DNA from: Candidatus Nealsonbacteria bacterium DGGOD1a
GTDB lineage: Bacteria > Patescibacteriota > Minisyncoccia > Minisyncoccales > UBA5738
NCBI GenBank assembly: GCA_022530585.1
Contig: CP092821.1
Span: 905,128-969,127 of the forward strand
DNA: 64,000 bases
Direction: 5' to 3'
The translations under genes and the position numbers were made by a program. The notes under the pieces were generated by a model. The model was not told the DNA's origin. It made no database searches and saw only the letters and a list, made by a program, of their open reading frames with translations. Within the stretch, counting starts at the first letter, position 1, and each line of letters starts with the position of its first letter. Positions 37,222 to 46,833 of the stretch are shown piece by piece.

Positions 37222-37665
37222 TTATTGATTTATTTGCGGTACTTGAGTATCCGGTTGCGCCAAAGAAAACGACTCAACATTTTCAATGTAGCCGATCGGT
37301 ATGCAGCTGCACGGCTCGCTAAAACTCTGACCGAAAACATGACCTCTGATTTCCACTTTTTTGCCAACATATTGCTTCACTTCGTCGCATCTGTTTTTAA
37401 ATTCCGGAATATCGAGAAATTCGGCAAAATTAGATTCACCATCCCCTCCATCATAATCCAGTTGGAAATTACAAGCGCCATCCTCCATTAAATCACCGCT
37501 CACTGTCATATTTCCTTGATCGGTATAATGACTTTGATCGGTATCATAACTTTTAACATTATTTCTGTTTACGAAATAAAAATACGCACCAACAACAATC
37601 GCCGCCAGCGACAGCACGATTAAAACACCGACAAACATCGCAAACCCGTTTTGATTTGATTTCAT
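37222..37665 (-). CDS. Hypothetical membrane-anchored exported protein
   Basis: ATG confirmed, N-terminal TM (FAMFVGVLIVLSLAAIVVGAYFYF). Confidence 0.5.
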   Translation of the reverse strand: MKSNQNGFAMFVGVLIVLSLAAIVVGAYFYFVNRNNVKSYDTDQSHYTDQGNMTVSGDLMEDGACNFQLDYDGGDGESNFAEFLDIPEFKNRCDEVKQYVGKKVEIRGHVFGQSFSEPCSCIPIGYIENVESFSLAQPDTQVPQINQ

Positions 37666-37727
37666 AGTTTTTTGGATAATTGGGCAATTGGCAAAATTAA
37701 TCGCAATTTCGCCATATTTTACAAAAA

Positions 37728-38528
37728 TTACAAAGACAAGATTCGGTTTTTATCCGAGCATGCCGGATATTTGCCATCGGTTGTTGCGTCTTCGGCGCAA
37801 AATCCCAGAAGATCGGCATAAACTTGAGAATTTCGCAGATCGATTTCATAGCTGATCACGGCGCGATAACCCGTGCCGCAAGCGCGGCAACCGGTCGTAA
37901 TGTCAAAAGTAAAAACAAGCCCGCCGGTTTTATCCAATCCGATCCGTTCACCGTTGGAAAATGAAACTTCCCGGCCGGGCGGAAATTCTTCCGCCAAACG
38001 GCCGTTATCGGAAATTTTTGAAAAATCGGTCGCCATCAAGTACCAGATATTTTCACCAACATCATACAAAGCGAACTGATGATTGCTGTTGGCCGCCAGC
38101 GGATTCAAAACATCAAGGACGGCATAATATCCGTTTTGATAATCGCCATAGCCGATATAATTTGCCATCAACCCCCAATCCGATTCGCGCCAAAATTCAA
38201 TCGCGTCTTCGCCGGCGCCAAGTTTTTTTAACGCCGCAATCTGACAGTCGGCCACGCCGCCGGAACATCCCTGAATCTCGGCAAGCTGGCCGGCGTCCCA
38301 AGCAATATTGAAAATCGCGCCGGAACTGAAAACGCGCGAAAGCTTTTTCGGGACAATTGCCGCTTCCCGCCTTCCCGCCGCCAAATCATTTCTTTCGGGC
38401 GGCGGGGTTTCGGTTTCGGATTGGCTTTGTTCCGGCACGGTTTGCGTTTGATAAATCCAAATTCCGACGCCGGCCGATGCGGCCGCCAAAACAACCAATC
38501 CCGCCAACAATATTACATTTTGTTTCAT
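37728..38528 (-). CDS. Hypothetical secreted protein
   Basis: ATG confirmed, signal/anchor (VILLAGLVVLAAASAGVGIWIY). Confidence 0.5.
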   Translation of the reverse strand: MKQNVILLAGLVVLAAASAGVGIWIYQTQTVPEQSQSETETPPPERNDLAAGRREAAIVPKKLSRVFSSGAIFNIAWDAGQLAEIQGCSGGVADCQIAALKKLGAGEDAIEFWRESDWGLMANYIGYGDYQNGYYAVLDVLNPLAANSNHQFALYDVGENIWYLMATDFSKISDNGRLAEEFPPGREVSFSNGERIGLDKTGGLVFTFDITTGCRACGTGYRAVISYEIDLRNSQVYADLLGFCAEDATTDGKYPACSDKNRILSL

Positions 38529-38626
38529 GAATTGATTTTTATTCGTTTTAATTTTATTTTACCAGACATAAACAGCAAAAAACAGGACCAAGTCCTGTTT
38601 TAAAATCTTTCGCGGATTAAGAGCGG

Positions 38627-39292
38627 TTATCCGCCGCCGATGATTTTGATGGAATCGATGATCTTGCGCGTTTCATCATCAACCGAAAGGGCGTTGGCGC
38701 CGTAGCCGGCGAAAACATAAACAAAATAACCGGAATCGGTTTCAAAAGTATAGAACGGACCGGCGCAAGCGCCGGTTAACGCCAAAGTCGGCTGATCGCT
38801 GGCTACTTTGAAAACCTTTTTGGAATTGAAATCAAGCGTGCTTATCAGCGATGCGGTCGAAAAATCGCGCACCATCATAAAATCTTCGTACAATTGGGTA
38901 AACAATCCCTGGGATTCTCCGCCCCCGGGTTTTTTGCCCGCGATAATCCGGATATCGGCGCAATCATTATCGCATTTTTTATAGCTAAAACCGCATTTTT
39001 TATTGTTCAATTCCGCGCTCATCAACCCTTTGGCATAGCGGTCATAATCAACATCAAGCGACCAGTTCGCCGGATAATCCATTGAAAATCCATAAATATC
39101 TTCGGCGAAATTTTTCCATTCCCGATCATCCGCCCGCGCCTCATATAGATTTAAAAAATTAAAAAAACGAATTCCAACCAACGCGAAAACCGCCAGCGCC
39201 AGCGCAATCAAGACCATCCTGTGTTTTGACATCAAAGCCATAACTTCTTTTACGGCCGCGCCCATATTTTTATTTCCTTTCTCATCCGGCAT
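38627..39292 (-). CDS. Hypothetical membrane-anchored exported protein
   Basis: ATG confirmed, TM (MVLIALALAVFALVGIRFF). Confidence 0.5.
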   Translation of the reverse strand: MPDEKGNKNMGAAVKEVMALMSKHRMVLIALALAVFALVGIRFFNFLNLYEARADDREWKNFAEDIYGFSMDYPANWSLDVDYDRYAKGLMSAELNNKKCGFSYKKCDNDCADIRIIAGKKPGGGESQGLFTQLYEDFMMVRDFSTASLISTLDFNSKKVFKVASDQPTLALTGACAGPFYTFETDSGYFVYVFAGYGANALSVDDETRKIIDSIKIIGGG

Positions 39293-39419
39293 ATGAATTA
39301 TACTGGCCGATCAACAACCAAAGCGCGGACGCGGCCAAAATAACAAAAAACGCGACCATTAGCGCGATTCCCTTGCGGCAACCGCACGGCTTTCCGAATT
39401 TTGAAAATTGCTTTTCCAT
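39282..39419 (-). CDS. Possible 45-aa single-TM micro-protein (below the ORF-track cutoff)
   Basis: My translation: MEKQFSKFGKPCGCRKGIALMVAFFVILAASALWLLIGQYNSYAG*. Its TGA overlaps the start region of the downstream gene by 11 nt. Confidence 0.3.
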   Translation of the reverse strand: MEKQFSKFGKPCGCRKGIALMVAFFVILAASALWLLIGQYNSYAG

Positions 39420-39510
39420 AACGATGATTTTAACATAACATCAAATTTTATTGCAACAAAAAACAGGATTTCCCTGTTTTTTCCCGATTTTATTTTTTTA
39501 TAATCTTATT

Positions 39511-39626
39511 TTGAATTGCGAAACGCTTTGCATTTTGGGGTCTATCCCTTGCGCTTGTCCCGAGGCTTTTGCGAGGGGTAATCGCAAGGGTCAGACCCCT
39601 TTAGAGTATTTGAATTTAATGGTTTC
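39511..39626 (-). repeat. Family-2 nested-stem element (copy D, inverted orientation, extra insert in the loop)
   Basis: TTGAATTGCGAAACGCTTTGCATTTTGGGGTCTATCCCTTGCG[CTTGTCCCGAGGCTTTTGCGAGGGGTA]ATCGCAAGGGTCAGACCCCTTTAGAGTATTTGAATTTAATGGTTTC. Confidence 0.85.
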
Positions 39627-39649
39627 TTAATTCAAAAAATCTTATGTTT

Positions 39650-40126
39650 TTATGACAGCGCTTCCTTGACCAGCTTGCTTACCAGTCCGGTATCCGCCTT
39701 ACCCTTCATTTTGGGCATCAAAATTCCCATCACCTTGCCCATATCTTTGACAGCGGCCGCGCCGCTCTGCGCCACGGCTTCGGATACCAATTTTTTGATT
39801 TCGTCCTCGCTCAATTGTTCCGGTAAATAGCGCATCAAAATCGCAATCTCGGCCTTGGCGCCTTCGGCCAGATCGACGCGGCCGCCCCGGTCGAACAATG
39901 CCAGCGAATCTCTTAATTTTTTGATTTCCGCCGAAACCACATCGACAATCTCTTCGTCGCCAAGCGTTGCCTGGGCGATATCTTTGCCTTGCTTGTTGAA
40001 CAAGAATTCCTTATCTTTGGTTTTGTTCAAAATCGCGGCCTTGAGCATTTTCAGAACCGAAACAACCGCTTCATCTTTGGCTTTGAAAGCGGCTTTGAAA
40101 TCGTCGTCGATTTTATTCTTGAGCAT
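39650..40126 (-). CDS. GatB/YqeY-domain protein
   Basis: 158 aa, ATG confirmed. ...AFKAKDEAVVSVLKMLKAAILN...EIAILMRYLPEQLSEDEIKKLV... is typical YqeY. Confidence 0.85.
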   Translation of the reverse strand: MLKNKIDDDFKAAFKAKDEAVVSVLKMLKAAILNKTKDKEFLFNKQGKDIAQATLGDEEIVDVVSAEIKKLRDSLALFDRGGRVDLAEGAKAEIAILMRYLPEQLSEDEIKKLVSEAVAQSGAAAVKDMGKVMGILMPKMKGKADTGLVSKLVKEALS

Positions 40127-40142
40127 AGTATTTAAATCGCAA

Positions 40143-40166
40143 GGGCGAATTATTATTCGCCCCTAC
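40143..40166 (+). repeat. Family-4 GTAG-tailed REP-like hairpin
   Basis: GGGCGAATTATTATTCGCCCCTAC (stem GGGCGAA/TTCGCCC, then the CTAC tail). Confidence 0.85.
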
Positions 40167-40213
40167 CGTGATTTTAAATTCGTATTCCGGTTAAAAAAGT
40201 CGATGATGACCGT

Positions 40214-40429
40214 TTAAGATTTCTTCATCTTCTTGATCAGGTCGTATTTTTTCTTGGTTTCCACTTTGCGCAACGCGGATTTTTTCTGCATATTGTCGGA
40301 TTTCACGCGCTTGACAAATTGCCGCTTGCGCGTTTCCAATAAAATACCGCTCTGTTGCACCGCCTTTTGAAAACGCCTCATCATCGCCTGCACATTCTCC
40401 CGCTGTTTTCTTTTGATTTCTAAAGCCAT
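40214..40429 (-). CDS. rpsU: 30S ribosomal protein bS21
   Basis: 71 aa, basic. ...ENVQAMMRRFQKAVQQSGILLETRKRQFVKRVKSD... follows the S21 pattern. Confidence 0.9.
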   Translation of the reverse strand: MALEIKRKQRENVQAMMRRFQKAVQQSGILLETRKRQFVKRVKSDNMQKKSALRKVETKKKYDLIKKMKKS

Positions 40430-40472
40430 TGTATTTATTTTATGATTAAATGTTTAAATTATTCTATGATTT

Positions 40473-40847
40473 CTAGCCGACGGCAAACGGCAATTCTTGG
40501 CCGCCCACCAAATGGATGTGCAAATGACCAACGCTTTGGCCGGAGTCTTTGCCGCAATTGACAATCAAGCGGTAACCGCTTTTGTCCACCCCCTTGATCT
40601 TGGCAATTTCGGGAATCGCCAGCATCATTTCGGCCAGACATTCCCGATCATCCGCGCTTGCCTCTTGAATATTGGCAATATGTTTTTTGGGAATTATCAA
40701 AGTATGCACCGGGTACACCGGCTTGATATTCTCGAACGCCAGCGCGAAATCGTTTTCAAACACAATTTTGGCCGGTATTTCCCCTTTGATGATTTTGCAA
40801 AAGACACAATCCATAGTATTGCTTAAATTTGGCAGGATGTCAACCAT
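40473..40847 (-). CDS. HIT-family (histidine triad) nucleotide hydrolase
   Basis: CVFCKII...; histidine triad HLHIHLVGG. Confidence 0.9.
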   Translation of the reverse strand: MVDILPNLSNTMDCVFCKIIKGEIPAKIVFENDFALAFENIKPVYPVHTLIIPKKHIANIQEASADDRECLAEMMLAIPEIAKIKGVDKSGYRLIVNCGKDSGQSVGHLHIHLVGGQELPFAVG

Positions 40848-40849
40848 TT

Positions 40850-42127
40850 TTACTTCTTAAATCTCTTTTTGATCTCGCCCACCACCGTGCCCAGCTTCAG
40901 GCTTTCCTGCTTGCCGGTTTCCATATCGCGCAGAATAATCGACCCTTCAAGCGCTTCTTTCTGCCCCAAGAGCAAGGTGAATCTGGCGCCGTATTTATCG
41001 GCGATTTTCAATTGCGATTTGAGCGAATCGCGATCAAACGATTCTCCGGCCGAAATGCCGGCTTGGCGCAATTCCTCGAACAGCTTCAAACTTTTCTTCT
41101 TGCCCAAAACTCCCAATTGCGCCAAAAATACTTTGGCTTTTTTCTCCTCGCCCACTTTGATATCGGCGGCCTTCATCGCCAGAACGATCCGATCGACCCC
41201 CAAAGCGCCGCCCATGGCCGGCGTTTCCTTGCCTCCCAGAACTTTCACCAATCCGTCGTAACGGCCGCCGCCGCCCATGGCCATCTGCCCGCGGCTATCC
41301 TGCCCGCCTTGGTAAATTTCGAAAACCGTGCGCGTGTAATAATCCAAACCGCGCACCAAATAGGGATTGAGCCGGTAAGGCAAGCCGATTTCTTCCAAGT
41401 ATTCCAAAACTTCTTTAAAATGACTTTTGCATTCTTCGCAAAGATGATCCACGATCTGCGGCGCCTGCGCGCGGACGGCTTGGCATTTGTTCTCTTTGCA
41501 ATCCAGCACCCGCAAAGGATTTTCTTTGACCCGGCGCTTGCAATCCGCGCACAAAGCCGATTCGCGGCCGCGCAAATAACCGGCCAAAGTTTTGCGGTAA
41601 TACGGCCGGCACAACGCGTCGCCGATGCTGTTGATTTCAATGGCGATATTCCCCAGCCCGAGTTCCTTTAGAATATTATAATAAATTTGAATGATCTGCG
41701 CGTCGATGATCGCGCCCGTTTGGCCAAAGACTTCAAACCCCAACTGCCAAAACTGCCGGTAACGGCCCGCTTGCGGCTTTTCGCTGCGGAAAAACGGCCC
41801 GTAATACCAAAGCCTGACCGGCTGGGGCCAGTTGGCCATTCCGTTTTCCAAATAAGAACGAACGATTGACGGCGTCCCCTCGGGCCGCAGAGTCAAATTA
41901 TCTCCGCCCCGGGTCTTGAGCGAATACATTTGTTTTTGCACGATATCGGTCGTGGCGCCCGTGCTTTTCACAAAAAGATCGCTGTCTTCCAAAATCGGCG
42001 TTTCAATGCGGTTAAAATTATAAAACTCCGCGATCTCCTTGGCGGTTTCATAGACTTTTTCGTAATATTTCTGATCATCCGGAAGAATGTCGTGCATACC
42101 GGTAACCGATTGGAATTTTGGTTTCAT
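40850..42127 (-). CDS. hisS: Histidine--tRNA ligase
   Basis: Class II aaRS motifs (LRPEGT, YYGPFFRSEKPQAGRYRQFWQ, GGGGRYDGLV) and a C-terminal anticodon-binding domain. Confidence 0.95.
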   Translation of the reverse strand: MKPKFQSVTGMHDILPDDQKYYEKVYETAKEIAEFYNFNRIETPILEDSDLFVKSTGATTDIVQKQMYSLKTRGGDNLTLRPEGTPSIVRSYLENGMANWPQPVRLWYYGPFFRSEKPQAGRYRQFWQLGFEVFGQTGAIIDAQIIQIYYNILKELGLGNIAIEINSIGDALCRPYYRKTLAGYLRGRESALCADCKRRVKENPLRVLDCKENKCQAVRAQAPQIVDHLCEECKSHFKEVLEYLEEIGLPYRLNPYLVRGLDYYTRTVFEIYQGGQDSRGQMAMGGGGRYDGLVKVLGGKETPAMGGALGVDRIVLAMKAADIKVGEEKKAKVFLAQLGVLGKKKSLKLFEELRQAGISAGESFDRDSLKSQLKIADKYGARFTLLLGQKEALEGSIILRDMETGKQESLKLGTVVGEIKKRFKK

Positions 42128-42139
42128 CGAACAAAGTTA

Positions 42140-42258
42140 AAAGATAAAAATCAAAATGAAAAATGACAATGTAAAATTAAAAATTATCAAATTTTAAAAT
42201 TGTTTCATTTTAAATTTTGAACTGTCATTTTTCATTTTGATTTTTACATTTTTAATTT
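42140..42258. repeat. Family-5 cassette, copy 3
   Basis: AAAAATCAAAATGAAAAATGACAATGTAAAATT ... ACTGTCATTTTTCATTTTGATTTTTACATTTTTAATTTT, between the hisS start and the lepB stop. Confidence 0.85.
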
Positions 42259-42816
42259 TTAGTACTTCGGTGTTTCAAACAAGGATATCTGGTCCAGCGG
42301 CCACAAGCGCACTTCCACCCGACCGATGATATCTTTTTTGGGCAGCTCCCCCCAATCTTGAGAGTCGGAAGAGTACGGCCGGTTGTCCCCCAAAACAAAA
42401 TACTGGCCGTCGCCCAGCTTGTACGAACTCATATCCGGCGCTTTAAGATTCGACGGAATGTACGGTTCGCTCAATGTCATGGTTGTACCGTCAACCGCGG
42501 TAACAACAACATTGCCGCTTTTGATCTCCACGGTTTCGCCCGGAAGGCCGATCACCCGCTTGATAAAGCGTTTGGAGGTGTCTAAAGGATATTTGAAAAC
42601 CACCACCTCTCCCCGCTCCGGCGCCCGGAACCGATAGGACAGTTCGTCAACGATCAAATAATCCGCCTCGTGGAAATTCGGCTCCATCGATGATCCTTGG
42701 ATCACGAACGGCTGAAACAGAAAATAACGCACCGGAATCACGATGGCAAACGCCAAAACCACGATCTTGGCCACTTCCCAAACAAATCCGCCCGCGCTTT
42801 TGATTGCCGATGACAT
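42259..42816 (-). CDS. lepB: Signal peptidase I
   Basis: GSSMEPNF (Ser), ...RVIGLPGE..., GDNRPYSSDSQDWG. Start moved to ATG 42816. Confidence 0.85.
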   Translation of the reverse strand: MSSAIKSAGGFVWEVAKIVVLAFAIVIPVRYFLFQPFVIQGSSMEPNFHEADYLIVDELSYRFRAPERGEVVVFKYPLDTSKRFIKRVIGLPGETVEIKSGNVVVTAVDGTTMTLSEPYIPSNLKAPDMSSYKLGDGQYFVLGDNRPYSSDSQDWGELPKKDIIGRVEVRLWPLDQISLFETPKY

Positions 42817-42903
42817 AATGAAAATTTGATTAAAATATGCTTTTATCATAACAAAAGAAAACAACTTCCGCAAGTCGTCCGATTCTGCTATAATTACTCA
42901 ATT

Positions 42904-43500
42904 ATGGAGCAAAAAACTATCTTAATCGTCGGGTTGGGCAATCCCGGGCAGGATTATCGCCGCACCCGGCACAATATGGGTTTTATGGCCGCGGACGCGT
43001 TTGCCAAAAAACACAATTTTGGCGATTTTGCGATGGTCGAAGATAACGCGATGGTTTCGGCGGGCGAATTCGGCGGCAAGACCGTTATTCTAGCCAAGCC
43101 GCAAACATTTATGAATAAATCCGGGATCGCGGCCAAGCGGTTGGCCAAGCGCTATTCCCTGTTTAAAAACAAAAAGTTTGACAATCTCTGGGTTATCAAC
43201 GACGATTTGGACATCCCTCTTGGAAAAATAAAAATTTCCCAAAACCGCAACGCCGCCGGCCACAAAGGCGCGCAATCGATTATTGACCAAATGAAAACCA
43301 AAAATTTTGTCCGCTTCCGCGTCGGCATCGCGCCCCATACCGCGACCCTGAAAAAAATCCCCGGCGACAAATTGGTTCTAAAAAAAATCTCCCCCAAGGA
43401 GCAAATAGAATTCGACAAAGCTGTTGATTTGACCGTCTCGGCCATAGAAACCGCGCTGGCTGAAGGAATCGAAAAATCAATGACCGAATTCAACCAATAA
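42904..43500 (+). CDS. pth: Peptidyl-tRNA hydrolase
   Basis: LIVGLGNPGQDYRRTRHNMGF... Start moved to ATG 42904. Confidence 0.9.
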   Translation: MEQKTILIVGLGNPGQDYRRTRHNMGFMAADAFAKKHNFGDFAMVEDNAMVSAGEFGGKTVILAKPQTFMNKSGIAAKRLAKRYSLFKNKKFDNLWVINDDLDIPLGKIKISQNRNAAGHKGAQSIIDQMKTKNFVRFRVGIAPHTATLKKIPGDKLVLKKISPKEQIEFDKAVDLTVSAIETALAEGIEKSMTEFNQ

Positions 43501-43511
43501 TTTAGCATTTT

Positions 43512-43551
43512 CAAGGTCGCACCTTGCCATAATCGGCAAGGTGCGACCTTG
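43512..43551. repeat. Family-1 hairpin variant (17-bp perfect stem)
   Basis: CAAGGTCGCACCTTGCC-ATAATC-GGCAAGGTGCGACCTTG, 12 nt after the pth stop. Confidence 0.9.
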
Positions 43552-43707
43552 CACAAACTGCATTTTGGAAACAAAAAAAGACCAGCCCTTCCAAAAAATT
43601 AAAAATTTCTTGATAGTGTCAATGGTCTCTATTTTTTAACCTCCGACAACCCCTCCTTATTACTCATTTTTCATCTCCTCCTTATAAAATTTTTTGCAAG
43701 TTTAAAA

Positions 43708-44595
43708 ATGGTGTATAGTAAAAAAGTGATGGATTACAACATCAAACATATCACTGAAGCCGATATTGAATTCCCCAATTGCTTGCGCACCATCCCCTCA
43801 CGGCCCAAAGAATTATATTTGCGCGGTATTTTGGATCCGGTTAAACCGTGCGTGGCCGTGGTTGGTTCGCGTATCCCGTCCACCTATGGCAAGCAAGCCG
43901 TCCACGATATTGTGAGCGGATTGTCCCGCGCCGGCGTTTGCGTTATCTCCGGTATGGCGCCGGGTATTGATACCTTGGCTCATCAAACCGCCTTGGAATG
44001 CAACGGCTTGACCGTTGGCGTAATCGGCACCGGATTGGACGAAAAATCGTTTTTCCCCAAACAAAACCTTGACTTGGCGACAAAAGTGGTTAATACTGGC
44101 GGTTGTTTGGTCAGCGAATACCCGGCAAGCTTTAAAGCCACCAACTACTCTTTCCCCCAGCGCAACCGCATCATCGCCGGCCTGTCGCTGGCAGTTCTGG
44201 TCATCGAAGCCAAGGAAAAATCCGGTTCGCTCATCACCGCCGAATGGGGTCGCAAACAGCACAAACCGGTGTTCGCGGTTCCCGGATCGATCTACTCGAC
44301 AAACTCCAAGGGCTGTAATTGGCTGTTAAAGAAAGGCGGGCTGGCCTGCGACTCCGCCTTGGATATTCTAAACGCCTTGGGTATCGCGCCAATATCGCCG
44401 AAAATCGCGGCAACGGCGGGTACCCCCGAAGAGCAAAAAATTCTCGACGCGTTAAAAAACGGAGCGTTGGATATCAATCAAATAATTCTGGCCGCCAAAC
44501 TCCCCGCCCCAACCGTGATCGGCCTGATCCCGGTTATGGAAATCAACAATATCATCCGCGATTTGGGCAACGGGGAATACTGCCTGAACAATTAA
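43708..44595 (+). CDS. dprA: DNA-processing protein DprA (Smf)
   Basis: ATG confirmed. VAVVGSRIPSTYG..., ISGMAPGIDTLAHQ, ...FPQRNRIIAGLS..., C-terminal wHTH-like tail. Confidence 0.85.
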   Translation: MVYSKKVMDYNIKHITEADIEFPNCLRTIPSRPKELYLRGILDPVKPCVAVVGSRIPSTYGKQAVHDIVSGLSRAGVCVISGMAPGIDTLAHQTALECNGLTVGVIGTGLDEKSFFPKQNLDLATKVVNTGGCLVSEYPASFKATNYSFPQRNRIIAGLSLAVLVIEAKEKSGSLITAEWGRKQHKPVFAVPGSIYSTNSKGCNWLLKKGGLACDSALDILNALGIAPISPKIAATAGTPEEQKILDALKNGALDINQIILAAKLPAPTVIGLIPVMEINNIIRDLGNGEYCLNN

Positions 44596-44596
44596 T

Positions 44597-44710
44597 TTAA
44601 AATCGAAAAATCAAAATGGAAAATGACAGTGTAAAATTTAAAATTATTGGATTCAAATTTTTTACATTTTAAATTGTCATTTTGATTTTTGATATTTACA
44701 TTTTTAATTT
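44597..44710. repeat. Family-5 cassette, copy 4
   Basis: AAAATCGAAAAATCAAAATGGAAAATGACAGTGTAAAATTT ... AAATTGTCATTTTGATTTTTGATATTTACATTTTTAATTTTT. Ends 2 nt before the topA ATG. Confidence 0.85.
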
Positions 44711-44712
44711 TT

Positions 44713-46833
44713 ATGGATCTCATCATTGTCGAATCGCCCACAAAAGCCCGGACTTTGCAAAAATTTTTAGGTTCGAACTATAAAATTCTGTCATCGTACG
44801 GCCATGTGCGCGATCTGCCCAAGGGCTCTTTTGGCGTTGATCTTGAAAATAATTTCACGCCGAAATACACCCTCACCGCCAAAGGCAAAACCACGATTAA
44901 AGAACTCAAAGCCGAAGTTAAAAAAGCCGACAAGATATTTTTAAGCACTGATCCGGACCGCGAAGGCGAAGCCATCGCGTGGCATTTGATCGAAGCCCTG
45001 AAACTGGACAAACCGGCCACCAAAAAAATTGAAGGCCCGGCTTATCGGCGCATTGAATTCCACGAAATCACCAAACGCGCCATTGATGAAGCCCTGCGAA
45101 ACCCCCGGGAACTTGATTTTAACTTGGTCAACGCCCAGCAAGCGCGCCGCGTTTTGGATCGCATCGTCGGCTATCAACTTTCCCCTTTCCTTTGGAAAAA
45201 AATCGCCAAAGGCCTGTCGGCCGGCCGCGTCCAGTCCGTGGCCGTACGGCTCATTGCCGAGCGCGAACGCGAAATTGAAGCCTTCAAGCCCGAAGAATAC
45301 TGGGAAGTTTTAGCGACCCTCAAAAACACCAAAAAACAACCGCTCAAAGAATTTGCCGCCAAGCTGGTGAAAATCAACGAAAAAGTTTTGGACAAGCTGG
45401 AAATCACCGATGAAGCCAAAGCGATTGATATTCAAAATGGCCTTGAAAACGCGCGCTATTCCATCGTCGCGATTGATAAAAAAGAAACCCGCAAGAATCC
45501 AAACCCGCCGTTCACCACTTCCACTCTCCAGCAAGCCGCGTGGCAAAAATTCCACCTCACGGCCAAAGCCGCAATGATGACCGCCCAACAATTGTACGAA
45601 ATGGGATTGATCACCTACCACCGCACCGACTCGCTCAATTTGTCGGAGCAGTCGCTGGCGGCGGCAAAACAATTCATCATTCAAACTTACGGAGAACAAT
45701 ACCATCCCGGCGGGTACAACACCTACAAAACCAAAGCCAAGGGCGCCCAAGAAGCCCACGAAGCCATCCGGCCGGCCTACCCGGAGCAAACCCCGGAAAT
45801 GGCTCAAACCGACAAAAATCTCACCCGGCCGCAATATAAATTATACGAGCTGATCTGGCAAAGATTTATCGCCTGCCAAATGACACCCGCGATTTTTGAC
45901 GGCATGAGCGTTGATATTGACGCGATTGGAGTTTCAAACACGAATTATGGCTTCAAGGCCAACGGCCAAACCTTGAAATTCGACGGTTATTTGAAAGTCT
46001 ATCCCTCAAAATTCGAACCGGTTGACTTGCCGGCGATGGAAACCGCCGAAGATTTGGAATTTATCAAACTTGATCCGACCCAGCATTTCACCAAGCCGCC
46101 GGCGCGCTTCAATGAAGCCAGCCTGATCAAAGCTCTGGAAGAATTCGGCATCGGGCGGCCGTCAACCTACGCGCCGATCATCACTACGATTCAAACCCGC
46201 AACTATATTGAAAAAGACGATAAAAAATCTTTCAAACCCACGGAAATGGGTCTGATGGTCAATGACATTCTGGTGGCGCACTTTCCGCGGATCGTGGATA
46301 TCGGTTTTACCGCCAAAATGGAAGAAGAATTCGATGAAATCGCCCAAGGGTCGATGGATTGGGTAAAGATGATGCGCGATTTCTACGCGCCGTTCAAGGA
46401 AAACTTGGATGCCAAATATAAAGAAGTGGAAAGCAAAAAAACCCAAGTGGTCGCCACCGATAAAATTTGCCCCAAGTGCGGCGCGAATCTGGTGATTAAA
46501 ATGGGACGCTTCGGAAAATTCTACGCCTGCCCCAAATTTCCGGAATGCAAGCACACCGAAAATATGGAACCGGCCAAGCCCGCGTTTGATGTGGAAATCC
46601 CCTGCCCCAAATGCGGGACCGGCCACATCGTGGAAAAGAAAACGAAAAAACGAAAAATTTTCTACGGCTGTTCGGCCTACCCCGATTGCGACTTCGCCCT
46701 CTGGGACAAACCCACCGGCGCCAAGTGCGAAAAATGCGGCAGCATAATGATCGAAACCAAACGCAAGCAAGTGAAATGCTCCAACAAAGAATGTTCAGCA
46801 AATGCAAAATTGAAAAATCAAAATGAAAAATGA
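44713..46833 (+). CDS. topA: DNA topoisomerase I
   Basis: Toprim LIIVESPTKA, DPDREGEAIAWH, active-site region GLITYHRTDS, four C-terminal CxxC...CxxC zinc ribbons. Start moved to ATG 44713. Confidence 0.95.
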   Translation: MDLIIVESPTKARTLQKFLGSNYKILSSYGHVRDLPKGSFGVDLENNFTPKYTLTAKGKTTIKELKAEVKKADKIFLSTDPDREGEAIAWHLIEALKLDKPATKKIEGPAYRRIEFHEITKRAIDEALRNPRELDFNLVNAQQARRVLDRIVGYQLSPFLWKKIAKGLSAGRVQSVAVRLIAEREREIEAFKPEEYWEVLATLKNTKKQPLKEFAAKLVKINEKVLDKLEITDEAKAIDIQNGLENARYSIVAIDKKETRKNPNPPFTTSTLQQAAWQKFHLTAKAAMMTAQQLYEMGLITYHRTDSLNLSEQSLAAAKQFIIQTYGEQYHPGGYNTYKTKAKGAQEAHEAIRPAYPEQTPEMAQTDKNLTRPQYKLYELIWQRFIACQMTPAIFDGMSVDIDAIGVSNTNYGFKANGQTLKFDGYLKVYPSKFEPVDLPAMETAEDLEFIKLDPTQHFTKPPARFNEASLIKALEEFGIGRPSTYAPIITTIQTRNYIEKDDKKSFKPTEMGLMVNDILVAHFPRIVDIGFTAKMEEEFDEIAQGSMDWVKMMRDFYAPFKENLDAKYKEVESKKTQVVATDKICPKCGANLVIKMGRFGKFYACPKFPECKHTENMEPAKPAFDVEIPCPKCGTGHIVEKKTKKRKIFYGCSAYPDCDFALWDKPTGAKCEKCGSIMIETKRKQVKCSNKECSANAKLKNQNEK

